DNA of 64,000 nt from the NCBI GenBank assembly GCA_963835575.1, contig CAWIGG010000002.1:1952001-2016000 (forward strand), written 5' to 3'. This document shows positions 59,359 through 64,000 of the stretch, piece after piece. Position numbers and translations under genes: made by a program. Each line of letters begins with the position of its first letter. Within the stretch, counting starts at the first letter, position 1. The notes beneath the pieces were generated by a model. That model ran no database searches. It saw nothing but the letters and a program-made list of their open reading frames with translations, and had not been told where the DNA came from. Source of the DNA: an uncultured Spirochaetota bacterium. GTDB lineage: Bacteria > Spirochaetota > Brevinematia > Brevinematales > JAOACQ01.

Positions 59359-60114
59359 TTATTTCTGTTTCAGCATCAGGATATTGATCAGCATCTTGAG
59401 ATGGTTCAGCCTGAGGGCGGACATTTCAATACCCACATCCGTGTCGCCATGGCTCTGCATTTTTTCCATGTTCTCCTGCGCGATACTTTCTCCCGATACA
59501 AGGTATTCAAGCCCTTTCATTTTCGCCCCGGTATTCGTCCTTTCTTTTATGAAGAAGTCAATCAGATTGTCCACATTGTCCAGACGGAAATGGTCCTCTC
59601 CCGTAAAAACCTTTTTTATGACCCCGCTTTCAAAAAGCCCCTCGAATATTTTCTTTGTATTGAATTCCGACTCTTTCAGAGTGAATACGATCTGATCATA
59701 CTGCTGAGCGACCTCGCTGTCGATCAATTCCCTGTCGGAATCGGACAGTATGCCGTTCGATTTCTGGAGCAGAAGCTCGCGTATCCTCTGCAGGATTTCA
59801 ATGATATTCCCCAGGATGGCATCCTGGTATTTATAATAGGAGATCATATCGGACTGGTTCTCAATATCCTTTCCAAAAGCCCGGATATGCTTCTCGAGCT
59901 GTTCATAGATGGCATAATTGGCCGGGTCGTCAACCAGGAGTATTTTTCCCTGGGACAGGCGATTGATATTTTTATCATATTCATGCTCGGTACCGCTCAG
60001 GATCCGGTTCAGGAAAGTCAGCGAAGAATTTTCGGCGAAAAGGACCGATGATGAAACAAGTAAAATTAATATCATTATAATTTTATAAATGAAATACCTG
60101 ATAAAATAAATCAT
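59359..60114 (-). CDS. Divergent minimal flagellin-like protein with predicted Sec signal peptide
   Basis: RLSQG..DDPA, ILQRIRELLLQKSNG..SDSDR.LI..EV, EFN.KK; ER...GA....LEY, ENM, DTDVGIEM; hydrophobic N-terminus ending VLFA. Confidence 0.8.
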   Translation of the reverse strand: MIYFIRYFIYKIIMILILLVSSSVLFAENSSLTFLNRILSGTEHEYDKNINRLSQGKILLVDDPANYAIYEQLEKHIRAFGKDIENQSDMISYYKYQDAILGNIIEILQRIRELLLQKSNGILSDSDRELIDSEVAQQYDQIVFTLKESEFNTKKIFEGLFESGVIKKVFTGEDHFRLDNVDNLIDFFIKERTNTGAKMKGLEYLVSGESIAQENMEKMQSHGDTDVGIEMSALRLNHLKMLINILMLKQK

Positions 60115-60250
60115 GCTGTCTTTAATCCTCCCCTTTAATAATAATTAATAATGAAAATGAATACAATACTTTTAAGAATTATTTTTTTTATTTTGACAAA
60201 AAGGCGAATTATTCATAAATTTATATATAGGCAAAAAAGGAGGCTGTATT

Positions 60251-61108
60251 ATGTGGAGCGTTAAAGACAAAGTGGTTCTGATCACCGGGGCCACAAACGG
60301 CGTCGGGAGAGCGGCGGCGGAAGAACTCGCCCGCGGCGGGGCCAGGATCATCATCCATGGCCGGGACAGGGAAAAAACGGATAAAACCATATATGAGATT
60401 ATCAAGTCGACAGGAAATACCAATATCGATATGGCATTAGGCGATTTCACATCGCTCCCTGATGTAAAAAAAATGGGCGAAAATATAAAAACACGGTATA
60501 AAGGCCTGGATGTCCTCATCAATAACGCGGGCGGCGTATTTATGGATGAAAAGGAATCGAAAGACGGTTATGATATCACATTTCAGGTCAATTATCTCTC
60601 TCATTTCCTTCTGACCGGCCTTCTTCTGCCGCTATTAAAAAAGAGCGCACCCTCCCGCATTATTCATGTGTCATCGGAAGCCCACCGCTATCTGAAAGGC
60701 ATAGATTTTAACAGGCTGGCGAAGCCCGGCGGATACAGCGGTTTCCAGGCATACAGCGCGGCTAAAATAAGCGTGAATTTATTCGCCTATGAGCTGGCAG
60801 AGCGTTTAAAAAACCAGGGTATTACATCCAATGCCCTCCATCCCGGGGTTGTCAGGACCGGCTTCGGCCTGAATACGCATAATGTCCTCTTTAGGGGTCT
60901 GATGCATATTTTCGGGTTCTTCCTCATCACGCCGGATAAGGGAGCGGAAACAACAGTTTATCTGGCTTCTTCACCTGAAGTTGAAGGCGTCACCGGAAAA
61001 TATTTTAACAAGTGCAAAGCAGTGCCTTCGGCAAAAAATTCCGATAATAAGGAAGATCAGAAGAAACTCTGGGAACTCGGTGAAAAACTGGTCAAAAATT
61101 ATCTTTAA
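60251..61108 (+). CDS. SDR oxidoreductase (retinol-dehydrogenase-like), paralogue 1
   Basis: TGATNGVG, LINNAG, VNYLSHF, YSAAK, HPGVV. Confidence 0.93.
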   Translation: MWSVKDKVVLITGATNGVGRAAAEELARGGARIIIHGRDREKTDKTIYEIIKSTGNTNIDMALGDFTSLPDVKKMGENIKTRYKGLDVLINNAGGVFMDEKESKDGYDITFQVNYLSHFLLTGLLLPLLKKSAPSRIIHVSSEAHRYLKGIDFNRLAKPGGYSGFQAYSAAKISVNLFAYELAERLKNQGITSNALHPGVVRTGFGLNTHNVLFRGLMHIFGFFLITPDKGAETTVYLASSPEVEGVTGKYFNKCKAVPSAKNSDNKEDQKKLWELGEKLVKNYL

Positions 61109-61130
61109 ATCACATATTCTGGAGATATGA

Positions 61131-62000
61131 TTGAATAAAAATTCAGCATGGGAAATAAAAGATAAGGTTGTTCTGATTACGGGGGCAACCAGCGGCATCG
61201 GAAAGGCGGCAGCCATGGAACTGGCCCGGCTCGGGGCGAAAGTAATTGTTCATGGACGCGATAAAACAAGGACTGAAAATACCGTCCGGGAAATCATTAA
61301 GGCCACCGGCAACAAAAGTACCGGCATGATCCTCTGTGATTTATCATCGCTCGCGAATGTGAAGAAAATGGCCGATGTTTTTAAATCAAAATACAATGCC
61401 CTGCATGTTCTGATCAATAACGCCGGGGCTGTCTTTCTGGACAGGGAAGTTTCCCGCGACGGCTTTGAAATGACTTTCGCCGTGAATTATCTCTCGCATT
61501 TTCTGCTGACCAACCTGCTTTTGCCGCTTTTAAAAAAGAGCGCGCCTTCCCGCATCATCCATGTATCGTCCTCCTCACATAAGATAATTCATCATATCGA
61601 TCTGGAAAAAATCCCGGAAAGCGCGGGTCCTCTTCTTACAGCTTACAGCGCCTCAAAAGTTTGCGTCAATCTGTTCGCCTTTGATCTGGCCGAACGTTTA
61701 AAATCCTTCAATATAACCTCTAACGCTGTTCATCCGGGCGTTGTCCATACCGGCTTCGGAATGAATATCAAGAATAAGTTCTTAAAGTTTATTCTATCGC
61801 TATTTATGACTTTCGTCATTTCCCCTGAAAAGGGCGCACGGACTTCCATCCGCCTTGCGTCTTCGCCGGAATTGGAAGGCGTAACCGGAAAATATTTCGC
61901 TCACTCCAAAGAAGTACCTCCATCAAAATTATCAAATAATAAAGAACTTCAAAAAAAGCTGCGGGAAATGAGCGTCAGGCTTGTGAAAGATTATTTGTAA
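61131..62000 (+). CDS. SDR oxidoreductase, paralogue 2
   Basis: TGATSGIG, LINNAG, YSASK, HPGVV; TTG start. Confidence 0.93.
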   Translation: MNKNSAWEIKDKVVLITGATSGIGKAAAMELARLGAKVIVHGRDKTRTENTVREIIKATGNKSTGMILCDLSSLANVKKMADVFKSKYNALHVLINNAGAVFLDREVSRDGFEMTFAVNYLSHFLLTNLLLPLLKKSAPSRIIHVSSSSHKIIHHIDLEKIPESAGPLLTAYSASKVCVNLFAFDLAERLKSFNITSNAVHPGVVHTGFGMNIKNKFLKFILSLFMTFVISPEKGARTSIRLASSPELEGVTGKYFAHSKEVPPSKLSNNKELQKKLREMSVRLVKDYL

Positions 62001-62032
62001 TTATTCGGCTAATTTTATCTAATAACCTTTCT

Positions 62033-62396
62033 CTTTCAACATGAAGACGCCAAGAAGCACTAAGACTGTTAAGTGAAGCATTTATTTTCTTATTAAAGAT
62101 TTCAATCAAGTGCCTTGTATATAACATCCGATGCTTCGGCAAGCTCAGCACAAGTTTTTCACGCGGATTAACACGGATTGGGTGGATTTTATAGGATTTA
62201 GTATTACTTTAAACCGCCTGATTGTTTTATTCGATACTGAATCTAAAGTAGGACGCTTACGGAAATTTCAGTGTAGACTATGCCGAAAATATAATAAGGT
62301 TGAAATTTAAAGTTTTTCTTTATTAGCGTCTATTCGCGTGAATTCGCGGGCAATTTCTTCGTTATCTTTTGTTCCTGTAGTCCTATTGTTGAAAAT
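62033..62396. repeat. Cluster of degenerate triple-unit arms and a TTCGGCAAGCTCAG REP-like motif
   Basis: TTTCAACA / TGTTGAAA outer ends; CACGCGGATTAACACGGAT; TTAGCGTCTATTCGCGTGAATTCGCGG. Confidence 0.65.
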
Positions 62397-62474
62397 TATT
62401 AATCGACCGAATAGCAGCGATTTTTTTATATTTCCGCCCATTTCATATATAATAAAGGCTCCTTTAATTTTAAT

Positions 62475-62942
62475 TTGAAAAATATGGGAAAAAATATGGA
62501 TTTTATTGTCAGAAGGATCGGAAAGAATGAGCTTTACAAGCTGTTGGAACTCTATAAATACCTCAATCCCGAAGATAAAAAGCCGCCTGAGGAAGAAATA
62601 AAAAAAGCCTGGGATGATATCATGAAAAATGAAGACAAATATATTTATCTGGTCATTGAAGAAGATAATAAAATCATTTCCTCATGCAATATCTCCATCA
62701 TCCCTAATTTAACACGGGGCGCGAGGCCTTATGCCGTTATCGAAAACGTCATCACGCGCCCTGATTACAGAAGAAAAGGATTGGGAAGGAAAGTCATCCA
62801 TGAAGCCGTTCATTACGCGAAAAAAGCGGGCTGTTACAAGGTCATGCTTTTGAGCAGTTCCGGAAGGCATGAAGCCCATCAATTCTATGAAAGCCTGGGC
62901 TTCAGTTCAAAGGAGAAAACCGGCTTTGTCATGAAATTATAA
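62475..62942 (+). CDS. GNAT N-acetyltransferase
   Basis: IIPNLTRG.RPYA.IENV.T..DYRRKGLG, CYKVML, AH.FYE.LGF; start may be MDFI at 62496. Confidence 0.93.
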   Translation: MKNMGKNMDFIVRRIGKNELYKLLELYKYLNPEDKKPPEEEIKKAWDDIMKNEDKYIYLVIEEDNKIISSCNISIIPNLTRGARPYAVIENVITRPDYRRKGLGRKVIHEAVHYAKKAGCYKVMLLSSSGRHEAHQFYESLGFSSKEKTGFVMKL

Positions 62943-62956
62943 ATTAAGAGGTAATT

Positions 62957-63730
62957 ATGCACATCAATGCCGATCTGCATGTTCATTCGCTGTTTTCCGC
63001 CGATGGAAAAGATACTATTACGGATATGTGCTTGTCAGCGGTCCGGAAAGGCTTAAAACACATATGCTTTACGGAACATCTTGATTTCAACAGGATCGAC
63101 AAAGGCTGCGGCTATTTTAATTATGAAAAATACTCGAAAGCCGTTGATAAAGCCAGGAAAAAATTCGAGGGCAGAATAAACATATTAAAGGGCGTGGAAT
63201 TAAGCGAGCCCCATCTTTATCCGGCGGAACTTGAAAAGCTGCAGAAGCTGGATTTTGATATGATCCTCGCCGCCGTCCATAATATCGGGAATCATTTTGT
63301 GGGAGAAGATGACCTGGTCAGGCTTTATTCGGCGGAACAGATCTACGAAATGTATTATATTGAATTACTGAAAACAGTCGAAACGGGGGGATTTGACGTT
63401 ATTGCCCATTTCGATTTCCCGAAAAGATATCTGAAAGAAAAATTCAATCCCGGTACTATTAATGAAATACTGGACAAAATGGCCAAAAACAACATCGTTC
63501 TTGAAATAAACACTTCTTCATTACGGAGAGGTCTTATTGAGTCAACACCCGGCGCCGGTATTTTAGACCTGTACATTTCTTCCGGCGGCAATAAAATTAC
63601 CGCCGGTTCGGACTCCCATAATAAAAACGATATCGGAAGCGATTTTCAATATATTGAAGGTCTTATCCAAAATAAACCGTTCATAAAAATAGGATATTTT
63701 GAAAAGAGAAAATTCAAAACGGGATTATAG
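62957..63730 (+). CDS. PHP-domain histidinol-phosphatase (HisJ/HisK family)
   Basis: DLHVHS, FTEH, GVE, AHFD, EINTS, GSDSH. Confidence 0.88.
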   Translation: MHINADLHVHSLFSADGKDTITDMCLSAVRKGLKHICFTEHLDFNRIDKGCGYFNYEKYSKAVDKARKKFEGRINILKGVELSEPHLYPAELEKLQKLDFDMILAAVHNIGNHFVGEDDLVRLYSAEQIYEMYYIELLKTVETGGFDVIAHFDFPKRYLKEKFNPGTINEILDKMAKNNIVLEINTSSLRRGLIESTPGAGILDLYISSGGNKITAGSDSHNKNDIGSDFQYIEGLIQNKPFIKIGYFEKRKFKTGL

Positions 63731-63869
63731 AATCATCGTTTTAAATTATTGGGCCTTTTTTACAAAAGTTGACAAATAAACATCAATCAATTTATTTTTA
63801 TTTTACAGAAATCAAAATATATTGAATAATATTCATCCTGATAATTTAAGTATAAGATAGGAGAGACAA

Positions 63870-64000
63870 ATGCAATACAGGAAATTCGGGAAACTCGATT
63901 TTAAACCCTCGGCGCTGGGCTTCGGATGCATGCGCCTGCCGATGGAAAACGGGAAGATAAATGAGAAGGAAGCGGTCCGGATGATCCGGTACGCGATAGA
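63870..64000 (+). CDS. Aldo/keto reductase, N-terminus (runs off window)
   Basis: [32 protein letters not shown]. Confidence 0.85.
   Translation, partial: MQYRKFGKLDFKPSALGFGCMRLPMENGKINEKEAVRMIRYAI

Noticed and set aside
59401..60051. 216-aa + strand ORF
   Set aside because: Antisense to the flagellin-like gene, which has the motifs and RBS.
1..64000. tRNA, rRNA, integron attC array, prophage
   Set aside because: No cloverleaf or rRNA signatures, no integrase, repeats lack attC core sites, no phage genes.

Overview
Bacterial chromosomal window, AT-rich between genes and probably from a free-living spirochaete (inferred from gene content, not verified). It holds about 60 CDS: a glycerol cluster (lipase, glpK, glpA-like, oxidoreductase, DUF1667), c-di-GMP and HDOD signalling genes, glycoside hydrolases with a TonB-dependent receptor, housekeeping genes (recN, nadK, nadA, aroK, topA, hpt), a MarR-EmrAB-TolC efflux operon and two PIN toxin-antitoxin pairs. 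Three IS elements have intact transposase ORFs. IS1380 splits a glycoside hydrolase gene, and IS256 and IS1182 each sit inside intergenic repeat elements. No rRNA, tRNA, CRISPR array or recognisable riboswitch was seen. The most notable observations are: (1) an orphan, minimal flagellin-fold protein with an apparent Sec signal peptide in place of the N-terminal D0 segment (59359-60114); (2) a dense, nested set of intergenic palindromic elements, dominated by a superfamily whose inverted arms each carry three tandem units of consensus C-R-C-N-R-A at 8-10 bp period; (3) an IS1182 that appears to have replaced the loop of one such hairpin without a target duplication; (4) a small gene pair missing from the ORF track, in which a probable ADP-ribosyltransferase-like toxin is cut off at a MITE end.
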